Below, piece after piece: positions 10,196 to 18,098 of a DNA stretch of 41,251 nucleotides. The notes under the pieces were generated by a model. That model worked only from the letters and a program-made list of their open reading frames with translations. It searched no databases and had not been told where the DNA came from. Source of the DNA: Bacteroidales bacterium (GTDB lineage Bacteria > Bacteroidota > Bacteroidia > Bacteroidales > UBA7332). The DNA lies in assembly GCA_051650425.1 (NCBI GenBank), contig JBOFIZ010000396.1, forward strand, positions 1-41,251, given 5' to 3'. Position 1 is the stretch's first letter, and each line of letters opens with the position of its first letter. The translations under genes and the position numbers were made by a program.

Positions 10196-10546
10196 TTAAA
10201 GTTTAATGTATTTATATCCCTCATCAAGTAAACGTGCTATTTCAACAACTGCCGCATCATTAGTTATTTGAATTTTAGGATATACCCATTCTTGCGCGAT
10301 ACCATACTTCAACAAATTTTTACAGCACACTTTAAAATGCACATTTCTTTCTGAATATTTATCTATCGCTGCTTTCAATTCATCCAATTTGGAATAATTC
10401 AGACAAGAAAGTGATGCTGAACCAGTGATCATTACTACAATATTCCATTCTCCTTCCGGTGATGCTTTCAAGTTAGCAATCATACTCATCACATGGTCCC
10501 ATTCTTCATTTTTTGCCATATGCAAAAGAACATTGAAATTACTCAT
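10196..10546 (-). CDS. DsrE/DsrF-like family protein (COG1416-type), 116 aa
   Basis: Size and pattern match this family: N-terminal NVLLHM..NEEW, central VVMITGSA, and C-terminal VHFKVCCKNLLKYGI...VVEIARLLDEGYKYIKL. This corresponds to the family signature ...F.AC.N.L...GI......V.SGV.E...LQ..GY.YIKP. Confidence 0.55.
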   Translation of the reverse strand: MSNFNVLLHMAKNEEWDHVMSMIANLKASPEGEWNIVVMITGSASLSCLNYSKLDELKAAIDKYSERNVHFKVCCKNLLKYGIAQEWVYPKIQITNDAAVVEIARLLDEGYKYIKL

Positions 10547-10549
10547 AAT

Positions 10550-11491
10550 TTAATTGTTTAGGTTAGTTTTTTTATTTGAGAAATAGGATTTAAACGAATC
10601 CTTATTAATTATATAAAATCCGCACAAAATCATTACCAAACCTATCGGGTCATGCCAAGAGAAAACATCAGTCTTCATACATATAGCAACAATTGTACCC
10701 AATACTGGCAATAAATAAATATATAAGCTATCAGCAAAAGCCGAAATATAATGCAATGCTCGTACGGCTAATAAATAAGCTCCTATTGTTGAAACAAATA
10801 CCGTAAATAAGAGTTTACCCCAAACAGCCCATTCAAATGCCTGATGAAACACAGGAGCATCAATCGCATCTTTAATTCCAAATGGAAAAGTAACTACAAT
10901 AGCACCTAAAGACATCCATTTCATTACTGTAAACGGATTTATATGAGAAGTTATTGGTTTAATCAATACAAGAAAAAAAGCATAAGCTACAGAAGATAAG
11001 AAAATAAGCACATCTCCCCAGAATGAGTCAATATGATGTCCTTCAAGTGGTGTAGATAATGATACATAAATAGCACCCAGGAGACCTATAAGAATACCTC
11101 CCAACTGGGATATTTTAAATACTTTATGCAAAAAAATTATTGAAAGCCCAAAAACTATCGTTGGCTGAAATGTTCGAATAATAAATGCATCTACAGGACC
11201 AGTCATTGCAACTCCCTTTATATAAAATATCATATTCAATCCCATTCCGATTGCTCCACCTAATAACATCATTAATATCTCTTTTCGTGTAGCTTTCACT
11301 TTATCACGAATAAAGAAACTAATCAGCCAGAAGCAAATAAAACTACCACCTGTACGTAAAACAACCAGCCCAAATGGATCAATCCATTCGGGTAGAAGAG
11401 TTTTCATGAAATTCGTATTAAAACTATAGATAATAATGGTGGATAATACCATTAAATGACCTAATATAGTTTTAGGCTGTACATCAGACAT
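10550..11491 (-). CDS. DMT-superfamily (EamA-like) transporter
   Basis: 313 aa, about 10 predicted TM helices in two similar halves. Typical EamA composition. Its stop lies 3 nt before the start of the DsrE-like gene. Confidence 0.85.
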   Translation of the reverse strand: MSDVQPKTILGHLMVLSTIIIYSFNTNFMKTLLPEWIDPFGLVVLRTGGSFICFWLISFFIRDKVKATRKEILMMLLGGAIGMGLNMIFYIKGVAMTGPVDAFIIRTFQPTIVFGLSIIFLHKVFKISQLGGILIGLLGAIYVSLSTPLEGHHIDSFWGDVLIFLSSVAYAFFLVLIKPITSHINPFTVMKWMSLGAIVVTFPFGIKDAIDAPVFHQAFEWAVWGKLLFTVFVSTIGAYLLAVRALHYISAFADSLYIYLLPVLGTIVAICMKTDVFSWHDPIGLVMILCGFYIINKDSFKSYFSNKKTNLNN

Positions 11492-11542
11492 ATTGATTTG
11501 TTTTTATTAAAGAAACAATTCAATTTGTCTTTTGTTTTGGGT

Positions 11543-12157
11543 TTAGCTAATATTGACCTCTTCTAAGGTTACTAGTTTATTTACGATTGCATAAATAGTA
11601 AGACCTGCCGTACTATTAATTTGTAATTTACGTGTTATATTTTTTCTATGTGTGATTACTGTATGCGCAGATATAGATAATTCATCTGCAATCTCTTTAT
11701 TAGACATACCCTTGACTACACATACAATAATTTCTTTTTCTCGATGACTCAATTGCTGTACCTCCTCATTAGTTGTTTCATCCTCCATACCAATCTGAAG
11801 CAGACGCTCTATTTTCATCTTTAGTTTATCGAGATCATCATAAATGGTAATTGTCTCATCATAACTTTTCAAACTTTCCGGATCAAGAACATTATATAGT
11901 AATGCTATTACTTTCACCTTTGTTTTAACCTCTGATCGAATCCGTTGCAATTCGACAGCCCCTATAAGTGTTGGATTTACAATTACAATATCAGGCTGAT
12001 ATAGACGTAATGATTCATTCAACAAATCATAATTTGCAATCTCAATTAATTGAGTTTTTCCGGGCAAAAACCTTCTAAGCGATTGTGTAACGCCTAAACG
12101 AATGATCAAAGATGTTTCTGTAATTATAATTTTATACTGACTTACATTATTTCTCAT
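11543..12157 (-). CDS. LuxR/GerE-family transcriptional regulator with a degenerate (pseudo-)receiver domain
   Basis: C-terminal HTH: LSHREKEIIVCVVKGMSNKEIADELSISAHTVITHRKNITRKLQINS. The N-terminal ~120 aa have CheY-like spacing, but the acidic pocket is TE (not DD) and the phospho-acceptor position reads PDIVIVNP (Asn). I prefer the ATG at 12157 (MRNNVSQYK...), which overlaps the upstream stop by 11 nt. The ORF track starts at 12199. Confidence 0.85.
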   Translation of the reverse strand: MRNNVSQYKIIITETSLIIRLGVTQSLRRFLPGKTQLIEIANYDLLNESLRLYQPDIVIVNPTLIGAVELQRIRSEVKTKVKVIALLYNVLDPESLKSYDETITIYDDLDKLKMKIERLLQIGMEDETTNEEVQQLSHREKEIIVCVVKGMSNKEIADELSISAHTVITHRKNITRKLQINSTAGLTIYAIVNKLVTLEEVNIS

Positions 12158-12851
12158 ACATTTCAAGCTCCTTTTCAAGTTTATAAATCGCCGGCACAAA
12201 CAAATAATCCTCTATTCGTGTATGCATATCAAGATCCATTTCGCAAATAAAAAGATCATATAAAACATCATTCAGAATATTTCCATTTGACGAAATCGGA
12301 ATATATTTTATAAGCATATTTTTAAGATCTGTCATTTTCGAATCAATCTCATTATGTCTTTCACTGAACTTTTCAATATTATAATTCTGTGACTTAACAC
12401 CTACCAGCAAACCATCAACATAACTAAAAACTACTCGCTCCTCGTAAGACATATGTTTCATAACCTCTAGCACATATTGATCATAAAAACGCAAAACCAA
12501 AGCTGATAAAGATTCATCAACTCCACTCAAAACTTCATCCAGTTTCGATCGGATACCCGGATATCGATAATCTTTATAATAGGAATGAGCATTTTTAAGA
12601 AAGTCTATAAAAGAGCGAATCGAAAGCTTCAACTCTGAGGGATATTCAAATATCTGATCATTGATTAAAAAATTTGCAATACACAAAAAAGTTTCGGTAT
12701 CTACTTCATGTGTTTCACAGACCTCTTTTATGCTTTTATCGCCAAAACCAAACGGGATTCCGAATCGAGTCAATATAGATAGCAATTGATAATTATCGCA
12801 AATCAGATCACTCATTTTGTCTTGTGGCTTATATGCTAATTGTTTCTTCAT
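12147..12851 (-). CDS. hemerythrin-like (RIC/ScdA-like) di-iron domain protein
   Basis: N-terminal small helical domain MSDLICDNYQLLSILTRFGIPFGFGDKSIKEVCETHEVDTETFL resembles ScdA_N/DUF1858-type modules, but without the Cys pair. It is followed by four His/Glu-bearing helices (NAHSYY, KHMSYEE, ERHNEID, MHTRIEDYLFVP), as expected for hemerythrin-type metal ligands. Confidence 0.5.
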   Translation of the reverse strand: MKKQLAYKPQDKMSDLICDNYQLLSILTRFGIPFGFGDKSIKEVCETHEVDTETFLCIANFLINDQIFEYPSELKLSIRSFIDFLKNAHSYYKDYRYPGIRSKLDEVLSGVDESLSALVLRFYDQYVLEVMKHMSYEERVVFSYVDGLLVGVKSQNYNIEKFSERHNEIDSKMTDLKNMLIKYIPISSNGNILNDVLYDLFICEMDLDMHTRIEDYLFVPAIYKLEKELEMYEK

Positions 12852-13031
12852 TTTTTCGTTATTTTGTTTGTTAATTCTATTATATTATCTAACAGAACAA
12901 GGAGATGTTTCGTTGTCAATCAGTCTGTTAAAACTTCGGAACGAATGGCTTTTACGCTCCGAAGTTCTAAACGAGACTAAACAAATTAAATGCTAAATGA
13001 CAACATTGATAAAATCAATAGAAGAACACTG

Positions 13032-13039
13032 CAAAAGTA
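13032..13039 (-). promoter_or_regulatory. candidate Bacteroidota -7 box (TAnnTTTG on the minus strand) for the hemerythrin-LuxR operon
   Basis: The plus strand reads CAAAAGTA, which is TACTTTTG on the minus strand. It lies ~180 nt upstream of the ATG at 12851. This is the only exact match in the intergenic region on that strand. Chance matches are expected in AT-rich DNA. Confidence 0.25.
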
Positions 13040-13170
13040 TACTCCTTTCTCCCTGCTGACAATACCTAAAAATGGGGATTTTACCGATCCTACATACCTA
13101 CTTTATATTTAAATAAAGTTAAATGCAAGCAAAATAAAGTAGTTTGTATTGCATAGTACCTATTTTCCTA

Positions 13171-13178
13171 TACATTTG
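13171..13178 (+). promoter_or_regulatory. candidate -7 box TACATTTG for the padR-pspC-vanZ operon
   Basis: Exact TAnnTTTG match 93 nt upstream of the padR ATG (13271). A TTTG at 13143-13146 could be a -33 element, but the spacing (28 nt) is longer than usual. Confidence 0.3.
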
Positions 13179-13270
13179 CAGCAATAACAGCAGAACTGCA
13201 CTCTTGATCTTGAATCTCTTTTACAAATAGAGAACCCTGATCTTTGCATAAATCCGAAAAATGAATACGA

Positions 13271-13612
13271 ATGAACATTGAGAATGTCAAGTCACAGATG
13301 CGGAAGGGTATGTTGGAATATTGCATTCTATTAATTATAAGTAGAGAGCCAGCTTACGTTTCCGATATTATTCAGCAATTAAAAGATGCCCGGCTAATTG
13401 TAGTTGAAGGTACGCTTTATCCATTGCTGACTCGCCTGAAGAATGCCGAAATGCTTTCTTATAATTGGGTTGAATCAACCCAAGGACCTCCCCGAAAATA
13501 TTATGAACTTACCGAAAAAGGGCAAGCCATATTATGCGAACTGGAAAATTCATGGAATGAAATTAGCGGAGCGATCGAACATCTCCGGTCTATTCATAAC
13601 AATAATGACTAA
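13271..13612 (+). CDS. PadR-family transcriptional regulator
   Basis: Winged-helix signature LEYCILLIISREPAYVSDIIQQL...EGTLYPLLTRLKNAEMLSYNWVES..GPPRKYYELTEKG. Confidence 0.93.
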   Translation: MNIENVKSQMRKGMLEYCILLIISREPAYVSDIIQQLKDARLIVVEGTLYPLLTRLKNAEMLSYNWVESTQGPPRKYYELTEKGQAILCELENSWNEISGAIEHLRSIHNNND

Positions 13613-13636
13613 TTAACTACACGTACTATAATTACA

Positions 13637-14743
13637 ATGAAAAAGACATTAACAATAAACCTAAATAACACCGTCTTCCATATTGATGAAGATGCTTATG
13701 AAATTCTTCAGAAATATCTGGATGATTTAAAAAGTTATTTCTCTGCCGAAACCGACGGAGAGGAAATAATAGGTGATGTCGAAGCTCGTATCAGTGAGCT
13801 TTTCAGTGAACGTATGCGTTATGGCTTGCAGGTTATCACTATTACAAACGTCGAAGAAATTATATCTATGCTGGGACAACCCTCTGATTATGGTCTATTC
13901 GATGAAGATTCAGAAAACCGTAATGACCAAAGCTTCGAAAAAAATGAACCTAAAATAAATGTAGAGTCGACCCGTATCAAAAAAAGATTATACCGGGATA
14001 AGGACAATGCCATTATCGGAGGGGTTGCTTCGGGCCTTGCTGCATATCTGAATATAGAAGCATCAGTATTACGTCTGATCATGATCCTGATTTTCTTCTT
14101 TATGTTTATTACGCCCCCTACCTCTCTTTCCTTTATTTTCGTCTATCTGATCATGTGGATTATCATTCCACCTGCAGACAGTGTAGCCCAGAAACTTGAA
14201 ATGAAAGGTGTAGATCCGAACATTGATAATATATCTTCTTATATTAAGGACAACACAGAGAAAATAAGCACACAGGCAAAAGAATTGGTTAATTCGCCTA
14301 AATCAAGAAGCTTTTTTTCTAATCTCAAAGATGTTTTTACCGGAGTACTGAAAGGTACAGTAAAAGTAGTGGTCGCTTTATTGGGCGGATGTTTTGGCTG
14401 CTTGGGTGTATTCATTATCATTCCTCTTCTGATCATGCTTATTGCATTGCTTACAAATGCAACAGAGATATTTTCCGTACTTACGCCTTCCGGCATGACA
14501 GGACCATTTTTCGGGATTTGGACAACAATGCCATATTTAGTTACGTCATCATTAATAATTATTACGCTACCGCTACTGGTACTTTGCTATATTGTGATTC
14601 AGCGTTCGTTCAAATGGCCCCCAATGAATAAATACGTAAAATGGATTTTATTCATTATATGGGCATTAGCATTAATTGCTTCAATTATTTGGGGACTTAA
14701 AAGTTTACCTGTAATTTTGCAGCATCGAACTTTTTATTTCTAA
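13637..14743 (+). CDS. PspC-domain membrane protein with an N-terminal cytoplasmic helical module and a C-terminal multi-TM region
   Basis: PspC motif: RLYRDKDNAIIGGVASGLAAYLNIEASVLRLIMILIFF. The N-terminal 60 aa (DEDAYEILQKYLDDLKSYFSAETDGEEIIGDVEARISELF) resemble the DUF1700-type module often found beside PadR genes. There are at least 5 further TM helices. Confidence 0.88.
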   Translation: MKKTLTINLNNTVFHIDEDAYEILQKYLDDLKSYFSAETDGEEIIGDVEARISELFSERMRYGLQVITITNVEEIISMLGQPSDYGLFDEDSENRNDQSFEKNEPKINVESTRIKKRLYRDKDNAIIGGVASGLAAYLNIEASVLRLIMILIFFFMFITPPTSLSFIFVYLIMWIIIPPADSVAQKLEMKGVDPNIDNISSYIKDNTEKISTQAKELVNSPKSRSFFSNLKDVFTGVLKGTVKVVVALLGGCFGCLGVFIIIPLLIMLIALLTNATEIFSVLTPSGMTGPFFGIWTTMPYLVTSSLIIITLPLLVLCYIVIQRSFKWPPMNKYVKWILFIIWALALIASIIWGLKSLPVILQHRTFYF

Positions 14744-14756
14744 TCACACTATTTAA

Positions 14757-15128
14757 ATGAAAAAATACATACTGATATTAATAGCCTACGGTATTGTAAC
14801 TTATCTTTGTTTGATGCCAAGTCTTCCAAACACATCTATACCGACAATACCGAATATAGATAAGGTAGCTCATTTCTTATTTTATCTATTCATAAGTGCA
14901 GTATCGTATTTTGCCATTTATAAGCGTGAGATAGCTTTATGGAAACTCTATACCGGAGTTCTAATCTTCCCAATTATTTTTGGTGGATTAATTGAAATCT
15001 TACAGAAATATTTCTTTCCTCCTAGAAGTGCCGAATGGTCTGATTTTATCGCAGACATATTAGGATCCCTTGCAGGATATTGGTTCGGAATTTTTCTCGT
15101 AAAAATAAAAAATCGATTTTTCAAGTGA
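14757..15128 (+). CDS. VanZ-like family membrane protein
   Basis: 123 aa, 4 TM helices. Motifs DKVAHFLFY and GGLIEILQ...R.AEWSDFIADILGSLAGY are typical of VanZ. Confidence 0.85.
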   Translation: MKKYILILIAYGIVTYLCLMPSLPNTSIPTIPNIDKVAHFLFYLFISAVSYFAIYKREIALWKLYTGVLIFPIIFGGLIEILQKYFFPPRSAEWSDFIADILGSLAGYWFGIFLVKIKNRFFK

Positions 15129-15152
15129 TTTTTTACATAATTGTTTAGTGTA

Positions 15153-15197
15153 AAAAAGAGAAACGATCAGTACATTATACTGAAAGTTTCTCTTTTT
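15153..15197. terminator. Bidirectional terminator between vanZ (+) and rfbC (-)
   Basis: 12-bp perfect inverted repeat AAAAAGAGAAAC (15153-15164) / GTTTCTCTTTTT (15186-15197), with an inner CAGTA/TACTG pairing. A/T runs flank both sides. Confidence 0.7.
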
Positions 15198-15221
15198 GTT
15201 TTTTATAATAGCATCTCCCAG

Positions 15222-15770
15222 CTACTCAAATAAGAAGCAATCCTCAAAAGAACAACCTTTCTTATCTTTATCCGACAACAAAAAATGGTCTGTATCCAAA
15301 TGCCAATCTATCTGAAGTGTCGGATCATCAAATGCAAGTGTACGTTCAGCCGAAGGCATATAAATATTATCCACTTTATAGTTAAATACTGCCGATTCGC
15401 TTAACACTATAAAACCATGAGCGAAACCTCGGGGAATAAACAATTGCCGGGCATTCTTATCAGATAATTCTACAGCAATGTGTTTTCCGAAAGTTTTTGA
15501 GCTTTTACGTAAATCAACGGCCACATCTAAAACTCTGCCCTCAATAACACGAACCAGTTTTGCCTGCGAATACTCTCCTTCCTGAAAATGCAATCCTCTT
15601 AATACACCGAGAACTGATTTAGACTCATTATCTTGTATAAAAGAGATTTTACCGATATACTCCTGAAATAGATCTTCCTTAAAGGTTTCCATAAAGTATC
15701 CACGGTCATCACCATATTTTTGAGGTGTAATAATCCATACACCTTCTAAATCTGTCTGCTCGAATTTCAT
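15222..15770 (-). CDS. rfbC: dTDP-4-dehydrorhamnose 3,5-epimerase
   Basis: DDRGYFMETF, GVLRGLHFQ, AKLVRVIEGRVLDVAVDLR and IPRGFAHGF together form the canonical RmlC cupin. Confidence 0.93.
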   Translation of the reverse strand: MKFEQTDLEGVWIITPQKYGDDRGYFMETFKEDLFQEYIGKISFIQDNESKSVLGVLRGLHFQEGEYSQAKLVRVIEGRVLDVAVDLRKSSKTFGKHIAVELSDKNARQLFIPRGFAHGFIVLSESAVFNYKVDNIYMPSAERTLAFDDPTLQIDWHLDTDHFLLSDKDKKGCSFEDCFLFE

Positions 15771-15795
15771 AATGATCAGATTTTATTTAATAGAT

Positions 15796-17046
15796 CTATT
15801 TTTGATTTTGTTCTGCCGTACGAATCGCTGCCATAATATTAGATGGAGGAAGTTGCTGTGCTAATTGATTAGCCATGTATTGCATATAAGGATAAACGTG
15901 ATTAAAATAGTATTTCAATCCACTGCACAAATAATTCAATCCTTTCTCACCATCAGACGTTCTCAGTATCCGGTTTTTAGGACATTCTCCATTACATAAA
16001 TCCAGAAACTTACACTCCCTGCATTGCGTAGGTAAAGTACTACGCTTAGCATCACCAAACTTCAATTGCTTTTCAGAAAGCATCATAGAGATTAAACTCT
16101 CGCGACGAATATTCCCTAGTTTATTTTCAGGAAACACAAAATGGTCACACGAATATATATCACCATTAAACTCAATGGCTGATGCATGCCCACAGGTCTT
16201 GGCATACACACAAACTCCCGGTGCCTCTCCTACAAAACAAGCAAGTGTAGAGTCAAACAATTGCACATAAACTCGTCCAACATCATTCCGAACCCATTCA
16301 TCAAAAATGGCAGTCATAAATTTCCCATACTCCAACGCAGGAACAGACCAGTCTGTAACAAGAGCAGAGCTTTCATCTGACGGAGAAAGTAATCGCAATC
16401 CGTCACAACGCTCACCACTTCTTTCAACAACCGGAGAAAACTGAATAAACTGTGCTCCGATCTCTTTAAAGAAACGATAGACTTCCAACGGGTACTTTAC
16501 ATTATAATCATTAACAACAGAGAGTATATTAAACTCTACTCCATGTTTTTTCATTAATTCAATACCTGCCATTACTTTATCAAAAGTTCCATGACCACCT
16601 TTATCCTTACGATATTGATCGTGGCAATGCTTAGGTCCATCAATTGAAACTCCTATCAGGAAATTGTTATCTTTAAAAAAACGGCACCACTCATCATTCA
16701 GAAGAATACCATTTGTCTGAAGTGTATTTGTTATCTGTCTGCCTCTTGCATACTTTTTCTGAAAGTGCAATGCCTTTCTGAAAAAATCCATTCCACGTAG
16801 CAACGTCTCTCCTCCATGCCATGTAAACAAAACATGAGGTGTTGGCTGAGCCTCGATATATTCCTTTGTGAAAGCTTCCAGCAGCTCTTCACTCATCCGA
16901 TTATTTCTTCGGTTCTTATATAACTCTTCCTTATCAAGATAATAGCAATACTTACAGTCCAGATTACATAAAGCACCAACAGGCTTTGCCATTACATAAA
17001 TTGGATAAGAAAGCGGATTAAATATAAGTGTATTTCCTTTAGCCAT
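15796..17046 (-). CDS. anaerobic sulfatase-maturating enzyme (radical SAM, SPASM domain)
   Basis: Radical-SAM cluster motif CNLDCKYCYY. The N-terminus MAKPVGALCNL is typical of anSME. The Cys-rich C-terminal SPASM region is CGHASAIEFNGDIYSCDHF...CRECKFLDLCNGECPKNR. Confidence 0.9.
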   Translation of the reverse strand: MAKGNTLIFNPLSYPIYVMAKPVGALCNLDCKYCYYLDKEELYKNRRNNRMSEELLEAFTKEYIEAQPTPHVLFTWHGGETLLRGMDFFRKALHFQKKYARGRQITNTLQTNGILLNDEWCRFFKDNNFLIGVSIDGPKHCHDQYRKDKGGHGTFDKVMAGIELMKKHGVEFNILSVVNDYNVKYPLEVYRFFKEIGAQFIQFSPVVERSGERCDGLRLLSPSDESSALVTDWSVPALEYGKFMTAIFDEWVRNDVGRVYVQLFDSTLACFVGEAPGVCVYAKTCGHASAIEFNGDIYSCDHFVFPENKLGNIRRESLISMMLSEKQLKFGDAKRSTLPTQCRECKFLDLCNGECPKNRILRTSDGEKGLNYLCSGLKYYFNHVYPYMQYMANQLAQQLPPSNIMAAIRTAEQNQK

Positions 17047-17082
17047 CTATTATATTTTAGCGTTTGTCTTTGTTTAAGAATG

Positions 17083-17090
17083 CAAATATA
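17083..17090 (-). promoter_or_regulatory. candidate -7 box (TATATTTG on the minus strand) for anSME-rfbC
   Basis: The plus strand reads CAAATATA, 36 nt upstream of the ATG at 17046. Confidence 0.35.
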
Positions 17091-17154
17091 AACGAATCAT
17101 AGAAGGTTTTTGAAAAAATCACTCGATAAGATATGTCGTAAAGAACTAAATTTT

Positions 17155-17162
17155 TAATTTTG
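17155..17162 (+). promoter_or_regulatory. candidate -7 box TAATTTTG for the LytM-like/dxr/rseP genes
   Basis: Exact TAnnTTTG match 44 nt upstream of the ATG at 17206. Confidence 0.35.
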
Positions 17163-17205
17163 CCCTAAATCGTCACTTTGATATACGATAATAACAAAGA
17201 ACTGA

Positions 17206-18054
17206 ATGAAAAGAAACGAACGACTATATAAATATTGGAAAAGCTTATCTTTTAAGTATAAACTATCAATCCTCAATGAGAAGAAACTCGAAGAGGTATT
17301 CTATTTCCGTATCTCCTGGTTATCGGGTTTATCGACCTTGATAATCGCCCTTCTGATGATAATCGTTTTCGTATCGACTTTGATTATTTCTACACCAATA
17401 AAGAATTATCTGCCGGGTTATTTGGATGTAAACGCACGTAAAGACATTGTTAATAGTGCGCTGCGTCTTGACTCCTTAGAACAGATTTCAGGGTTACACG
17501 ATAAGTATCTGGATGCAGTAAAGAAAATTGTTTCCGGAGATTTAAGCACAGATTCCATTAATTCTCTCGACTCATTAGCTCAGGTTGATATGAACAAACT
17601 TCAGCCTTCACAAGCGGAATTGGACTTCCGCGCTAAATATGAAGAAGAGGAGTACTATAATCTAAATACATTAAATAAGCCTAAAACAGGCAATATTGTT
17701 CGTTTCATGTCTCCTGTAAACGGTGTTGTCACAAAAAACTACACAAAAGAAGATTTAGGTATAGGCTTGTTGGTAAAGAAAGATTTACCGGTACGTGCTA
17801 TTGCAGATGGAACAATTATTCTGATTGAAAACACTGATACAGAAGGTCTGACTATTTTATTACAACACGATAATAATTGGTTATCAACCTATAAAGGTAT
17901 TGCCAGAAGTTCTCAAACTACAGGCTCACGCGTAACAACTGGTGAAACTATTGGCATAACAGGGGATAATATTAAGGGGAAAGAAGAAAATTTATTTTTC
18001 CAGCTTTGGAATAAAGGACGCGCCGTCAATCCTATCGAATACATAACATTCTGA
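17206..18054 (+). CDS. membrane-anchored M23/LytM-domain protein, catalytically degenerate
   Basis: N-terminal TM helix (LSTLIIALLMIIVFVSTLII). The C-terminal LytM fold is recognisable (PVNGVVTKNY...VRAIADGTIILIE...GETIGITG...NPIEYI). The metal ligands are replaced: HxxxD reads DLGIG, and HxH reads ENLFFQL. Confidence 0.75.
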   Translation: MKRNERLYKYWKSLSFKYKLSILNEKKLEEVFYFRISWLSGLSTLIIALLMIIVFVSTLIISTPIKNYLPGYLDVNARKDIVNSALRLDSLEQISGLHDKYLDAVKKIVSGDLSTDSINSLDSLAQVDMNKLQPSQAELDFRAKYEEEEYYNLNTLNKPKTGNIVRFMSPVNGVVTKNYTKEDLGIGLLVKKDLPVRAIADGTIILIENTDTEGLTILLQHDNNWLSTYKGIARSSQTTGSRVTTGETIGITGDNIKGKEENLFFQLWNKGRAVNPIEYITF

Positions 18055-18098
18055 TCAGTATATGACGACACTACTAAAAAGATCATACATAATCTATT

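Noticed and set aside
12899-12931. AAGGAG followed by an 8-codon mini-ORF (MFRCQSVC) in the hemerythrin/padR intergenic region
   Set aside because: The SD-like hexamer abuts the ATG with no spacing, and Bacteroidota generally do not rely on SD pairing. The mini-ORF is on the opposite strand to the adjacent operon leader. It is most likely coincidental.
13098-13142. 9-bp inverted repeat CTACTTTAT / ATAAAGTAG upstream of the padR promoter candidate
   Set aside because: It is A/T-only, short, 27 nt apart and upstream of the putative -33 region. It is not distinguishable from chance and is not positioned like a PadR autoregulatory operator.
15222-17046. Odd pairing of anSME (sulfatase maturase) with a lone rfbC and no sulfatase or other rml genes in the window
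   Set aside because: The 25-nt gap suggests co-transcription, but both are common housekeeping-type genes in Bacteroidota. Their partners are usually encoded elsewhere. There is no sequence feature pointing to a novel function.
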